Counted from the stretch's first letter, positions 1 to 10,528 are shown. The stretch: DNA of 64,000 nt from Thermoanaerobaculia bacterium (GCA_963664405.1 OY761158.1:1120001-1184000), one strand, 5' to 3'. Numbers and translations: made by a program. The notes: a model not told the origin generated them from the sequence alone.

Positions 1-876
1 GTCCTGGTCAACGGCGCTGACGCGGCCATCGGCTCCGGAGTCGAGAGTATTACTTTCAACGCCGGCGGGCAGGCTAGCCCCAACCCCTGGGTCCAGGAGC
101 ACAAGCCCGCGCTCTACATGGCGATGGGCGACACCGCCGAGGTGGTGGCGAAGCGTTACGGCGTGACCCGAGAGGCCCAGGACGAGTACTCGCTGCAGAG
201 CCAGCAGCGCACGGCGGCCGGGCAACAGGACGGCAAGTTCGACGAAGAGCTTGCGCCGATGCACGTCACCTGGGGGATCGTCGACAAAGAGACCAAGAAG
301 ATCGCTCGTACCGAAGAAACGACGGTCGAGAAGGACGAATGCAACCGCCCGACCACGACCTTGGAAGGCCTGGCCAATCTGCGCCCCTACTTCGATCCGG
401 ATTCGGGCCAGGGTAGCGTCACCGCAGGAAATGCGTCGCAGCTCTCCGACGGGGCTTCCGCAACCCTGGTGATGAATCGTGAGCGCGCGGAGCAGCTTGG
501 CATCGAGCCGAAGCTGGTCTTTCGCGGCTTCGCGGTCGCTGGCTGCGAGCCCGACGAGATGGGGATCGGCCCGGTCTTCGCCATTCCCAAGCTCCTCGAG
601 CGTAACGGCCTCAGTGTCGACGACATCGATCTCTGGGAGCTCAATGAGGCCTTCGCTTCGCAGGTCGTCTACTGCCGCGACCGCCTGGGCATCGACCAGG
701 AGAAGCTCAATGTCAACGGCGGTTCGATCTCGATCGGCCATCCCTTCGGCATGACCGGCTCACGGATGGTGGGCCACCTCGCCAACGAGATGAAGCGTCG
801 CGGCTCGCGCTACGGCGTCGTCACCATGTGTATCGGTGGCGGCCAGGGCGCGGCGGGTCTCTTCGAAGCCTGTTGA
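1..876 (+). CDS. acetyl-CoA acyltransferase (thiolase), 5' truncated by window edge
   Basis: Frame 1 is open from base 1. Thiolase motifs [28 protein letters not shown] and TMCIGGGQG. Confidence 0.95.
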   Translation, partial: VLVNGADAAIGSGVESITFNAGGQASPNPWVQEHKPALYMAMGDTAEVVAKRYGVTREAQDEYSLQSQQRTAAGQQDGKFDEELAPMHVTWGIVDKETKKIARTEETTVEKDECNRPTTTLEGLANLRPYFDPDSGQGSVTAGNASQLSDGASATLVMNRERAEQLGIEPKLVFRGFAVAGCEPDEMGIGPVFAIPKLLERNGLSVDDIDLWELNEAFASQVVYCRDRLGIDQEKLNVNGGSISIGHPFGMTGSRMVGHLANEMKRRGSRYGVVTMCIGGGQGAAGLFEAC

Positions 877-2849
877 CGCTAGCCACCCGAAGACTGCTCG
901 GCTTCTGCGCCCTTGCAGTGCTGCCGACCACGAACCCCGCCTTCACTCAACACGGGGCGCAGGGCGGGGAGTGGCGCCACCACGGCGGCGATCAGGGCTC
1001 GTCGAAGTATTCGGCGCTGAGCCAGATCGACGCCACCAACTTCCAGAAGCTGGAAGTGGCATGGCGTTGGGAGTCCGCCGACGAGCGGCTCCCTGACGAC
1101 ATTCCCTACCAGACCGGCCACTTCCGGGCCGTGCCTCTAATGGTCGATGGCACCATGTACGCGGCCACCTCGCACGGCCAGGTCGCGGCGCTGCGTCCGG
1201 ACACCGGTGAGGAGCTGTGGGTCTACGACCCGCAGAGTTATCTGCGCGCGAAGCCGACCGCCCAACCGCTGTTGACCCGCGGAATCGAGCACTGGACCGA
1301 TGGCGAGAAGGAGCGGATCTTCATCGCCACCCTGAGCAAGCAGCTCATCTCCATCGACACCAAGACCGGACGGCCCGACCGCGCGTTCGGCGAAGACGGC
1401 ATCGTCGACCTGTCACAGAACCTGACCTCGCGCGACTACGTGCAGCGCGACATCACCAACGGCGCGCCGCCGATCGTTGTCGGCGACACTGTCATCGTAG
1501 GCTCCAAGATCTTTGATTACGGGCTGCGCAACAACAGCCCGCCAGGCCATGTCCGAGGCTACGATGTGCACACCGGCGAGATGAAATGGCGCTTCCACAC
1601 CGTTCCCCAGGAAGGTGATGAGTTCACCGAGACCTGGGAGAACGACTCCTGGAAGAAGGCGGGAAACGCCAATGTATGGGGAGCGATCGCTGCCGACCAG
1701 GAGCTCGGCTACGTTTACCTACCCACCAGCACGCCGACCAACGACTACTACGGGGCTCAGCGTCTCGGTGACAATCTCTTTGCCGAGAGTCTGGTCTGCC
1801 TCGACGCCGACACCGGTGAGCGCGTCTGGCACTTTCAGACCGTCCATCACGGCATCTGGGACTACGACATCGCGTCGGCACCCAATCTGATCGACGTCGT
1901 GGTCGAAGGCCGGTTGGTCAAAGCGGTAGCGCAGGTCTCGAAAACCGGATTCACCTATGTTTTCGACCGCAGGACCGGGGAACCGCTGTGGCCGATCGAG
2001 GAGAGGCCGGTCGCCGCCTCCACCGTAGAGGGAGAAGGGCTGTCAGAGACCCAGCCCTTCCCCACCAAACCGCCGCCTTTCGAGCGCATCGGGATCAGCG
2101 AGGACGACCTCATCGACTTCACCCCCGAGCTCGAGAAGGAAGGCCTCGAGATCGCGAAGAATTATGTTCTAGGACCGATCTTCTCGCCGATCATCGTCAA
2201 AGGCGAAGGCGGCAAGCTCGGCACGATTGTCATGCCCGGGGCCGGAGGGGGTGCCAACTGGCCTGGCGCTTCGATCGATCCCGACACCGGCTTTCTCTAC
2301 GTCCCATCGAGAACGGCGCCGACGGGGATGGCTCTGGTCGAGCCCGACCCGGCACGATCCGACTGGAAGTACGTAATCGACTACGCGAGATTCGAAGGGC
2401 CGCGAGGCCTGCCTCTCTACAAGCCGCCCTATCGGCGCATCACCGCAATCGACCTCAAGATCGGCGACATCGCCTGGCAGATCCCGCACGGTCAGGGCCC
2501 GACCGAACATCCCGCGATCAAACACCTCGACCTCGGCCCCCTCGGTACCAGGGGCGGCCCGGTGGTGACCGAAGGCGGCCTGTTGGTGACCAAGACCCTC
2601 CTCATCACCTTTCTGGCAAACGTCACCGAGGTCGGCGAGCGCACCGTAAACGGCTCCACCCTTCAGGCCTTCGACAAGGCGACCGGCACTCTCCTCGCCG
2701 AGATCCCGGTCGAGCGCTATCTGCACGGCCCACCGACGACCTACGAGTACGACGGCCGCCAATACATCGCGATCGCCGGCGGTGGGCGTGAGACGGAGGT
2801 GGCCGAGCTGGTCGCCTTCGCCTTGCCGATGGCAGCCCTATCGAACTGA
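873..2849 (+). CDS. PQQ-dependent (quinoprotein glucose dehydrogenase-like) dehydrogenase, exported
   Basis: GEWRHHGGD..SKYSALSQI, WHFQTVHHGIWDYD, SETQPFP, GGANWPGASIDP and GRQYIAI motifs. Signal-like N-terminus. TTG at 873 overlaps the thiolase TGA. Confidence 0.88.
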   Translation: MTLATRRLLGFCALAVLPTTNPAFTQHGAQGGEWRHHGGDQGSSKYSALSQIDATNFQKLEVAWRWESADERLPDDIPYQTGHFRAVPLMVDGTMYAATSHGQVAALRPDTGEELWVYDPQSYLRAKPTAQPLLTRGIEHWTDGEKERIFIATLSKQLISIDTKTGRPDRAFGEDGIVDLSQNLTSRDYVQRDITNGAPPIVVGDTVIVGSKIFDYGLRNNSPPGHVRGYDVHTGEMKWRFHTVPQEGDEFTETWENDSWKKAGNANVWGAIAADQELGYVYLPTSTPTNDYYGAQRLGDNLFAESLVCLDADTGERVWHFQTVHHGIWDYDIASAPNLIDVVVEGRLVKAVAQVSKTGFTYVFDRRTGEPLWPIEERPVAASTVEGEGLSETQPFPTKPPPFERIGISEDDLIDFTPELEKEGLEIAKNYVLGPIFSPIIVKGEGGKLGTIVMPGAGGGANWPGASIDPDTGFLYVPSRTAPTGMALVEPDPARSDWKYVIDYARFEGPRGLPLYKPPYRRITAIDLKIGDIAWQIPHGQGPTEHPAIKHLDLGPLGTRGGPVVTEGGLLVTKTLLITFLANVTEVGERTVNGSTLQAFDKATGTLLAEIPVERYLHGPPTTYEYDGRQYIAIAGGGRETEVAELVAFALPMAALSN

Positions 2850-2869
2850 CCTGCGAGGTTCTAATCCCG

Positions 2870-3414
2870 ATGACCGCGATATCTGCAGCTGACGGCCCAG
2901 TCGTCGTAACCGGCGCAAGTGGCTATATCGGATCCTGGATCGTTCGCGACTTCATGGAGCAGGGCTACGAGGTACGAGCTTGTGTTCGTGATGCCACCAA
3001 TCCCGAGAAGGTCGACCATCTCCTGGCGATGAACGAAACCGATCTCCGCGGTCATCTGGAGCTTTACGAAGCCGACCTCCTCGAGCCGGGAAGCTACGAT
3101 GCGGCAGCGGATGGGAGCTGCGCCGTCATTCACGCCGGTGCCGCCGTCGGGTACAACAAAGAGACGCCCCAGGAGGTCTACGACGGTTGCTTCACCGAAG
3201 TCCGGCACGTGATCGATTCGGCGATCAAGGCCGGATCTGTGAAGCGCTTTGTGCTGACCAGCTCCTTTGCCGCGGTCGACCGAGGCTCGAGACCAGAGAC
3301 TCCCCTCGCGCCTACTGCCTGCTGGCCAAACAAGAGCTGGGTCTCGCGCCCTACCCGATCGACGAGACATTGCGTGCCACCGTCGATTCGTATTTCGCGC
3401 TCGGCCTCCTCTAG
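2870..3414 (+). pseudogene. NAD-dependent epimerase/dihydroflavonol reductase-like gene with internal deletion and frameshift
   Basis: VTGASGYIG Rossmann motif through VKRFVLTSSFAAV, then homology stops at ~3275. A family-like C-terminus (AKQELGLAPYPIDETLRATVDSYFALGLL*) follows in another frame and ends at 3414. No YxxxK catalytic segment. Confidence 0.75.
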
Positions 3415-3445
3415 ACCTCTGCGCCACAGGAACTGAGCCGCAGCG

Positions 3446-4156
3446 ATGTCAAATCTCGACCTCTTTCAACTGCTGCAGCACCCCTTGGATGCCTTGGGCG
3501 TCCTGCTGTACGTACTCATCTTCCCGGTCTACCACACGCTCTACCCGCTGATACTGCGGATCTTCCCGACCCAGGCCGCCCGCACTCGCTTCGATCGCTT
3601 GCGGAGCTCTTGGATCGAGGGCATCGTCCTCAGACGCGACTACCTCCTCGCCGCGCAGCAGACTCGTAATCTTACGATGGTGAACACCTTGTTGGCGTCA
3701 TCTTCACTCATCCTGATGGGCTTTACGGCGAACATGCTCATTGAGCTGAGTCGAACACCCGCCGAAGCCTCAGTTGTCGGGTCGTGGGGAGCCGAGCCGG
3801 GCGCCGATGCGGTGAAGCTCCTCTTCCTTGTGTTGGTCTTCGGGGTGTCATTCGCGTATTCCATGACGGCCCTGCGTCATCTCGGACACTTCAACCTCGT
3901 TGTCGGCGCGGACCCGGACCTCATCGAAGAGTATGAAGTGTCTGCGACCGAATACCTTTCGAGCCTGATCAATCGCGCCTCGAATCGGCATACCCTCGCG
4001 GTACGCTGCCTCTACTCGGCAACTCCGCTCTTTCTTTGGCTTTTCGACGTTCGGTTGTTTATCGCGCTCACCCTCATCTGGGGCCTGAAATTCCTAGTCT
4101 TTCAAGATTTCGCTTTTCGCTCGTCCCCTCGAAGGAAGTCTCGCTCAGCCAGCTAG
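3446..4156 (+). CDS. DUF599-family membrane protein
   Basis: About 4 hydrophobic segments. R..W...LAAQQTRN..M..TLLASSS and R.LY...PLFLWLF patterns. Confidence 0.75.
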   Translation: MSNLDLFQLLQHPLDALGVLLYVLIFPVYHTLYPLILRIFPTQAARTRFDRLRSSWIEGIVLRRDYLLAAQQTRNLTMVNTLLASSSLILMGFTANMLIELSRTPAEASVVGSWGAEPGADAVKLLFLVLVFGVSFAYSMTALRHLGHFNLVVGADPDLIEEYEVSATEYLSSLINRASNRHTLAVRCLYSATPLFLWLFDVRLFIALTLIWGLKFLVFQDFAFRSSPRRKSRSAS

Positions 4157-4240
4157 CCGGCTAGCACCGAGGGCACAGGGAAAGAGGAGCGGCTGTTGAC
4201 CGACTTCACTTCGTGAGGACGAAAGAAACCCGTCGTTAGG

Positions 4241-5245
4241 TCACGAGGGGCGCCCGAGTCCTACCAGGGCGTCGAAGTCGCGATCGCGGCGGTATTCCGG
4301 ATCGCGCTCCGGTGGCGGTCCTTTAAAGAGAACCTCATGAGTCTGGTCGCCGCGGATGTGGGTGACACTGCCGGGGGGCAGGTCCTGGCGGCGGTAGGGT
4401 ACGCGCATCACTTTGCGCACGTCTTTGGAGCCTACCGGGCAGACGTAGAGACATTCGAAGCAGGCGGCGAAGGCGCCGCGCTTGGAGTTGGTGGCGATGT
4501 AGAAATCGTGCCAGTAGCTTTGGGCAAGCACTTCGGCGGGGTCCAGCTCTCGCTCTGAGTGCACCAACTTTTGCAGCACCACGTAGAGGGAACGGATCGA
4601 GAGGCGCGTCGCAGCCTGGGAGCACCCTCTCTGGTCGAGGTCGCGATAGTCGTTGACCGAGGCGCCACGGGGGGCCTCTAGAGGAATCGCTTTCGGTGGA
4701 CAGAGGACGGCGCAGCGCCCACACTCCAGACCCGGACACAAGGGATCCTCCAGCGCTGGATCGGGCTCTAGAACCGCATCCGTGAGCAGCGCTCCCAAGA
4801 GCACCCGCGAGCCGTACTCGGGCGATAGAAAGTTGAGATTCAAGCCGACGTGCCCCAGCCCCGCGTGCTCCGCCGTCCACTTGAGATCGAGCAGACCGGC
4901 GCCGCTGTACTTGAGATCCATGTCTGCGTATTCGCAGGAGATCGGCAGCGCCGCGTAGCCCTGATCCTCCAGCCACTCGGCAAGCCCGTAGAGCACTTCC
5001 TCGAGTTGGTCCAGAGCGAGGTGAGAGCCCAACGATTGACTGGCGACGTCTTCCATCGCCATGGTTCCGGTCAGCAGATGCTTGGTGAGGACGACGATGC
5101 TCTGCATACCCGCTACCAAAAATTCGGGCTTCTGCTCGTTGGGAACCGTCGCCGAGTACTCCACGACATTTGCCACGCCGAGCGAGTCGGCGCCAAGCTC
5201 AGCGGCATAGGACGCTAGCGCGCTCTTGAGCTCAGTGTCTGGCAA
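4241..5245 (-). CDS. QueG/RdhA-like corrinoid iron-sulfur protein (2x[4Fe-4S])
   Basis: LGADSLGVA, AEHAGLGHVGLN..LSPEYGSRVLLGALLTD, CPGLECGRCAVLCP and CFECLYVCP. Likely TTG start at 5245 with AAGAGGGG RBS, overlapping the upstream gene by 14 bp. Confidence 0.8.
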   Translation of the reverse strand: MPDTELKSALASYAAELGADSLGVANVVEYSATVPNEQKPEFLVAGMQSIVVLTKHLLTGTMAMEDVASQSLGSHLALDQLEEVLYGLAEWLEDQGYAALPISCEYADMDLKYSGAGLLDLKWTAEHAGLGHVGLNLNFLSPEYGSRVLLGALLTDAVLEPDPALEDPLCPGLECGRCAVLCPPKAIPLEAPRGASVNDYRDLDQRGCSQAATRLSIRSLYVVLQKLVHSERELDPAEVLAQSYWHDFYIATNSKRGAFAACFECLYVCPVGSKDVRKVMRVPYRRQDLPPGSVTHIRGDQTHEVLFKGPPPERDPEYRRDRDFDALVGLGRPS

Positions 5246-6509
5246 CCTTCGAGCCCCTCTTTCCCGCACCCTTCCACCACCACTCCGGAGACTTGCGCCG
5301 GCCAAATCCCAGACGCACGTCGAGCCACAAGGCGAAGCGGCGCAGCGGTGACATCGCCAGCTTCAGCCATAGCCGGTAGTAAAGGCGCTGGCCCCGCTCA
5401 CGGGTGTCCCTGTTATAGGGGCATGCACGAATGCAGATTCCACACTCGGTGCCCTGGCGGGTCCAGAAGTCGAAACACTTCTCGGCATCGACTGTCCACT
5501 TACGCAGCCCGACGAAGTTCGAACGATTGAGGACCTCCGACTGCGGCTCACCAAAAGGAATGGCCCGCGGTGGGCATTCCTCAGCGCAGCGGCGGCAGAC
5601 ATCGCAGAACTCCTTGACGCCGAATCGGATCGGCGTGTCGTGGGAAAGAGGAAGGTCGGTGAAGAGCTGGCCGATGCGCACCCGCGGCCCGTAATCCTCG
5701 GTGATCAAGAGCGTGGCACGGCTGTACTCGCCGAGCCCGGCCTGGATCGCGTAGGGGATTTTCTGGGCGGTGTCGTTGAGCGAAGCCACCGCCTGATAGC
5801 CCAGCGCATGAATGAAGGTGGCGACAGACTGCAGAATACTCGCATCGATCGAATAGCCCAGCCCCACCGCGGCGCTCGCCGTCGCCGAAGGATAGGTACT
5901 GACGATGTCGGGGTCCATCGCGGTGGCGATAACGATGGTGTTATCGAGACCCTCCGGCAGGTCGTTGGGCTTCTCCGCCATCTCCTGCGGCCAGAAGCGG
6001 TGGCTGTAGTGCCAGCGCAGATCGGTCGAGGTGATGCCCACCAGATCCGCGCCGTAGTATCGGCACACCTGCTTGATCTCCGCCGCCATCTCCCCCGGAG
6101 AGTCGACCTCGACACGCTCGCCGGCAGGCTCGCTGAAGGGGACGATGTCGTCGAGGTAGCCGTCGGTTCTGCCGGCGCGGGTCGAGCGCTCGATCATCAG
6201 ATTCGAGCCGGTCCACCCTCCGAGCTTGAGAGCGAAGTCCTTGCGCGAGTAACCGCGAGCCTCCCGCGCTCCGACACCGGCTCGAAACATCGATCGAAAC
6301 CACTCGAAGGCCCGCTCAGAGCGAATCTTCGGATCCCAGCGAGCGCGAGAATAGATGTCGTTCGACTGGTTGAAGCGCTCGAAGTCGTCGAGTACCTCGA
6401 AGCCGCAAGCAGCGTCACGAGAGTCCCGGCGAGGTCCGGTATAAGAATCCTCCCGTGTTGGCGGAACCTCGGGGGAGAGATTCTTGTGCGGAGTTTCGAC
6501 CACGGCCAT
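5232..6509 (-). CDS. rdhA: reductive dehalogenase catalytic subunit (no Tat signal)
   Basis: YGADLVGIT, W.YSH, GLGYS, PYAIQAGLGEYSR..LLITEDYGPRVR..LFTDLPL, CX2CX2CX3CP (CDVCRRCAEECP) and CX10CX2CX3CP (CFDFW..ECGICIRACP). Confidence 0.88.
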   Translation of the reverse strand: MAVVETPHKNLSPEVPPTREDSYTGPRRDSRDAACGFEVLDDFERFNQSNDIYSRARWDPKIRSERAFEWFRSMFRAGVGAREARGYSRKDFALKLGGWTGSNLMIERSTRAGRTDGYLDDIVPFSEPAGERVEVDSPGEMAAEIKQVCRYYGADLVGITSTDLRWHYSHRFWPQEMAEKPNDLPEGLDNTIVIATAMDPDIVSTYPSATASAAVGLGYSIDASILQSVATFIHALGYQAVASLNDTAQKIPYAIQAGLGEYSRATLLITEDYGPRVRIGQLFTDLPLSHDTPIRFGVKEFCDVCRRCAEECPPRAIPFGEPQSEVLNRSNFVGLRKWTVDAEKCFDFWTRQGTECGICIRACPYNRDTRERGQRLYYRLWLKLAMSPLRRFALWLDVRLGFGRRKSPEWWWKGAGKRGSKVARH

Positions 6510-6648
6510 GGCAACCTGAGTAGGAGAGAACTATACCAGTCGGTCTACGACCCGGCGATTGATCAGGCCGAAGCTCTCCGATCAGGACTCCGACCGCCGC
6601 GTACGGAAGGCAGGTCGCGGCGAGGTGGGGTGCCCTGGACGGCCGGTC

Positions 6649-7965
6649 CTAGAGCGACAACGGACCGGTCGCGTGGCCCAGAGACTCGGCCCGGACCCCC
6701 ATCCTGTCGAGCAGAGTCAGGTGGAGGTTGGCGAAGGGAGTATCCGGCGAGTAGCGAGTGTGATGCCCGCCCTTGCCCGCTGCCCCACCGGCGAGGAGGA
6801 TCGGTAGGTCCTCGGAGGCGTGGGCGTTGCTGTCGGCCATCCCCGCCCCGTAGATGATCATCGAGTGATCGAGCAGCGTTCCGTCACCATCGGGCGTCGA
6901 GCGTAGTCGCTCGAGAAACTGGCTGAATAGCTGAGCGTGATAGAGGTTGATCTTTCTCAGTTTCTCGAGCTTGACCGGGTCCTGCTGGTGATGCGAGATC
7001 GGATGATGCGCGTCGGGCACACCGATCTCGGCGTAAGTACGGCCGGTGATCTCGCGCCCCATCATGAAGGTGGTGACGCGAGTGAGATCGGTCTCCCAGG
7101 CCAAGGCGAAGAGGTCGAACATCAGCTTCGCATGCTCGCCGAAAGTGCTCGGGATTCCCGCCGGCTGGTCGACGAGCGGAAGCTCCCGGTCGCTCTGCGC
7201 CTCCGCGATCTGGATCCGCCTCTCGATGTCGCGCACGGCGGCGAGATACTGGCTCAGCTTCGTTCGATCGCTCGATCCGAGCTCGCGCGACAGGTCGCCC
7301 GCCCGCTCAGTGACCGAATCGAGGAGGCTCGCGTCCTTTCGCAGCCGCGCCTTGCGCACCTCTGGGTCGGTGGTACCACTGTCCCCGAAGAGCCGCTCGA
7401 ACACCGCGCGCGGGTTGTTCTCCATCGGTAGCGGCGTCGTCTCGTTCGCCCAGGCGATCGTGTTGGTGTAGGCACAGCTGAAGCCGCCGTCGCAGGAGCC
7501 GGCAAAGTCACGCCCATCGAGCGCCAACTCGAGAGTGGCGAGCTGCGTCTCGTGGCCCAGGGCGCGGCCGGCGATTTGATCCATCGACATGCCGGCACGA
7601 AGATAAGAGCCGTGATCCGGCTGCGCCGCCACCCCGGTCAGGAAGCGGGTCGAGGATCTGGCGTGAACCCCCTGGCCGTCCACTCCGTGCATCCCCGAAA
7701 GCACCTGGATGGTGTCGCGGAACGGCTCGATAGGCTTGAGGATGTTCGAAAACTCGAAACCGGTGCCCTCGGTCTTCGGCGTCCAGTGATCCATCATCAT
7801 CCCGTTGGGCACATAGACCACGCCGAGTCGACGCGACGGCCTTGCCGCGCTGTTCTCCAGGGCCGCGAACGCCGGCACCATCGCATCGAGCAGAGGCAGT
7901 GCCAGTGACGCGCCGAGTCCCCTCAGTAAAGTGCGACGAGGAATTGCCTTCTGGGTGAGGATCAT
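6649..7965 (-). CDS. DUF1552 domain protein (Tat-like RR leader)
   Basis: RRTLLRGLGASLALPLLDAM, YVPNGM, SCDGGFSCAYTNTIAW, HHPISHH and DGDGTLLD. 4-bp overlap with the DUF1592 gene. Confidence 0.9.
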   Translation of the reverse strand: MILTQKAIPRRTLLRGLGASLALPLLDAMVPAFAALENSAARPSRRLGVVYVPNGMMMDHWTPKTEGTGFEFSNILKPIEPFRDTIQVLSGMHGVDGQGVHARSSTRFLTGVAAQPDHGSYLRAGMSMDQIAGRALGHETQLATLELALDGRDFAGSCDGGFSCAYTNTIAWANETTPLPMENNPRAVFERLFGDSGTTDPEVRKARLRKDASLLDSVTERAGDLSRELGSSDRTKLSQYLAAVRDIERRIQIAEAQSDRELPLVDQPAGIPSTFGEHAKLMFDLFALAWETDLTRVTTFMMGREITGRTYAEIGVPDAHHPISHHQQDPVKLEKLRKINLYHAQLFSQFLERLRSTPDGDGTLLDHSMIIYGAGMADSNAHASEDLPILLAGGAAGKGGHHTRYSPDTPFANLHLTLLDRMGVRAESLGHATGPLSL

Positions 7966-10430
7966 GTCTCTGACCTCCGCATACGAAAGGGCGGGCTACG
8001 AACGATACCGACAATGATAGACGACCAGCTGTAATTATCCGATTCCGCGGCGCGGGTGACGGCCCTGACCGTGGGGCGGTCGTAGTAGGCGGGCGCTCGC
8101 CCAACCGCGTAGGCGAGAAGCTTTTCGACGGTGGTAGTGACGAATTGTTCTCTTTGCTCGAGGAGGAGCGTCCGTAGACCGGTGGGTCCCTCGAACCGGG
8201 TGCCGTCGGGCATATTGCCGGACGCGTCGATCGGCAGGCCCGCCTCTCCCGCGGTCCTCCAGGCACCGGTCGCATCGTAGTTTTCCAGCGCGAGGCCGAG
8301 CGGATCCATCGGCGCGTGGCAAGCCGCACAGGCGGGGCTCTCCCGATGTCGCTTCAGCCGATCGCGCACTGTCGCCGCCCGGCCGTCTTCGCCGCGCGCG
8401 GGAAGATCCGGCACGTCGGCGGGCGGAGGAGCCGGCGGAGCTCCGAGGATGTTGGTCAGTACCCACTTTCCTCTGAGTACCGGCGAGGTGCGGTTCGGAT
8501 AAGAGGTTGCGGTGAGCACGCTGCCGTGCCCGAAAATGCCGCCTCTACGCTCGCGCAGCTCCGCGTCGAGCGGCACGCGACGGAAGTGGCTACCCTGGAC
8601 GTTGGAGATGCCGTAGTGCCGGGCAAGTCGCTCGTTGACGAAGGTGTAGTCAGCATCGAGGAGGTCGAGCACACTGCCGCCGTCGCGCACGAGGCTGTCG
8701 ATGAAGAGCTCAGTCTCTTCCAGGAAGGCGTCACGGAGATTCTCGTCCCACTCCGGAAAGATGACCGAGTCCGGCACCACACCGGCAAGGTTGCGCAGAT
8801 TGAGCCATTGGCCGGCGAAGTTGCGCCCCAGCGCTTTGGAGCGGGGATCCGCAAGCATCCGGCGAGTCTGTTGCTCGAGCACCGCCGGATCGTCGAGCTT
8901 GCCGCGCTCCGCCAGATCGAGCAGCTCGTCGTCGGGGATACTGCTCCACACGAAGAAGGAGAGCCGCGAAGCGATCTCGAGATCGCTGAGCGGATACGCG
9001 ATTGCCGGCGCAACTCCCGGTGGATCGCGCTCGATCCGAAACAGGAAGTCGGGCGAGATCAGCACACGCTCGAGCGCCAGCTGGACACCGCTGTCAAAAC
9101 CGCCGGCATCTCGCCCGGCGCGAAAAAAACTCATCAGTGTGGCGAGGTCTGCCTGGTCGATCGGGCGCCGATACGCACGCCGCGCCAGCGACGAAAGTAC
9201 CTCGCTGGCGCAAGCTTCCTGGTGAGCTGCCGCACCACTCTCCGGCCGGCAAGTGAACACCCGACGGCGGCTGGGCGTCGTGCCAGGCCCCTGGCTCGCA
9301 TAGGGTCCACGAATCGCCACTCTTTCGACGTCCCCATTCCCGTCGCGATTCTCGTTCACTGCGGCCGCGAACGCGCTCTGTCGTGGCTGAAGTACACCCT
9401 CGGGCTCGGTGAAGCGGCGCACGAAGGAGACACCAACCTGGTGGGGTCCCGCCGTCGCCGGAAAGCGGACGCGCATATTGGCATCGGCGAAGAGCATGTA
9501 CTCCTCCCACTCCGGATCACCGAACTGGTTGCCCCCGTAGCTCGCCGGCGCCTGCAGAACATCAGGCTCCTCGCCGCCGAAGGCGAAGGCCTGGACCCGC
9601 TCGCCGTCGAGTCGGACCTCCAGCTGGTGACGGGACCCCATGCCGCGCACGTAGTTCACGTAGCTCCGATGGAGACGGATCTCGAGGTCATATTCGCCGT
9701 CAACCTGGAAGTAATGGCGAATCGCGATGCCGCCTCGCGAACCGAAAGGTAGCTCCTCGCTCATGCGGTCGTCCTGCTGCAACAAGATCGGCACGTCGTA
9801 GGTCTCGGTGACCGGACCCACCGGGACCTCGCCCACCACAAGCCGTCCGATCTTTCGTGCCGCCGAGAGGTAGCGCTCCATCAAGACCGGGGAGACCGTC
9901 AGCACTTCGGCCATATTGTCGAAGCCGTGCTCGTCGATGTCATCGCCTGGCAAAAGCGCGGCGACGTCGACCTCGAGCGCCAAGAGGTCGCGAATCGCAT
10001 TGGCGTACTCGGTGCGGTTGAGCCGATGGAAGGTCTCGGTACGTCCCGGATCGAGATCCCCGGCTGCACTCCGATCGATCTCGGACTCGAGCCAAGCGGC
10101 GACCTGGTCGTAGGTCTCGGCGGGCGGACGAGGCCGTCCGATCGGTGGCATCCCCCGCGTGCGCAGCTTGGCCGCCACTTTCTCCCAGACCTCCGCCTGC
10201 TCCCCCACCCGAGACAGCTCTCGGTCCTCGAGGATGAGGTCGGCCTGGTGGAGACGAGTGCCGTGACAGCTGGTGCAGTAGCGAGAAAGCGTCGACTGAA
10301 GGAGCTCGACCTCGGGCGGTGGTTGCCCGACGACTGACGAGGCGTTGAAGAACGAAAGAAGCGCCGCCGCCAGCATCAACGGCCGCCGGACAAAAATCGA
10401 CCGCCGGCCAAGGCCAAGCAACACGGTCAT
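7962..10430 (-). CDS. DUF1592/1587/1595/1588/1585 protein with two c-type haem motifs
   Basis: CTSCH, HRLNRTEYANAIRDLL, ASRLSFFVWSSIPDDELL, FAGQWL, RTSPVLRGKWV and CAACH..MDPLGLALENYD. Start uncertain (10460, 10430 or 10376). Confidence 0.9.
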   Translation of the reverse strand: MTVLLGLGRRSIFVRRPLMLAAALLSFFNASSVVGQPPPEVELLQSTLSRYCTSCHGTRLHQADLILEDRELSRVGEQAEVWEKVAAKLRTRGMPPIGRPRPPAETYDQVAAWLESEIDRSAAGDLDPGRTETFHRLNRTEYANAIRDLLALEVDVAALLPGDDIDEHGFDNMAEVLTVSPVLMERYLSAARKIGRLVVGEVPVGPVTETYDVPILLQQDDRMSEELPFGSRGGIAIRHYFQVDGEYDLEIRLHRSYVNYVRGMGSRHQLEVRLDGERVQAFAFGGEEPDVLQAPASYGGNQFGDPEWEEYMLFADANMRVRFPATAGPHQVGVSFVRRFTEPEGVLQPRQSAFAAAVNENRDGNGDVERVAIRGPYASQGPGTTPSRRRVFTCRPESGAAAHQEACASEVLSSLARRAYRRPIDQADLATLMSFFRAGRDAGGFDSGVQLALERVLISPDFLFRIERDPPGVAPAIAYPLSDLEIASRLSFFVWSSIPDDELLDLAERGKLDDPAVLEQQTRRMLADPRSKALGRNFAGQWLNLRNLAGVVPDSVIFPEWDENLRDAFLEETELFIDSLVRDGGSVLDLLDADYTFVNERLARHYGISNVQGSHFRRVPLDAELRERRGGIFGHGSVLTATSYPNRTSPVLRGKWVLTNILGAPPAPPPADVPDLPARGEDGRAATVRDRLKRHRESPACAACHAPMDPLGLALENYDATGAWRTAGEAGLPIDASGNMPDGTRFEGPTGLRTLLLEQREQFVTTTVEKLLAYAVGRAPAYYDRPTVRAVTRAAESDNYSWSSIIVGIVRSPPFRMRRSET

Positions 10431-10528
10431 GAGCGTCTTCTTCTCACCGGGGGAACCCAAGTCTACAGGTCATACCCCTTCCCGAGTCAAAAAGGTGCCA
10501 TGTTCCAGATCCTCGTAGGCCCGTCGCA

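Noticed and set aside
4241-5245. Calling this gene queG
   Set aside because: Lacks the QueG SRYA..DYH/DUF1730 signature and the CD.CQ..CPWN motif; only the shared fold is supported.
5640-9752. Long plus-strand ORFs 5640-6857 and 8316-9752
   Set aside because: Antisense to rdhA and DUF1592; no recognisable domains.
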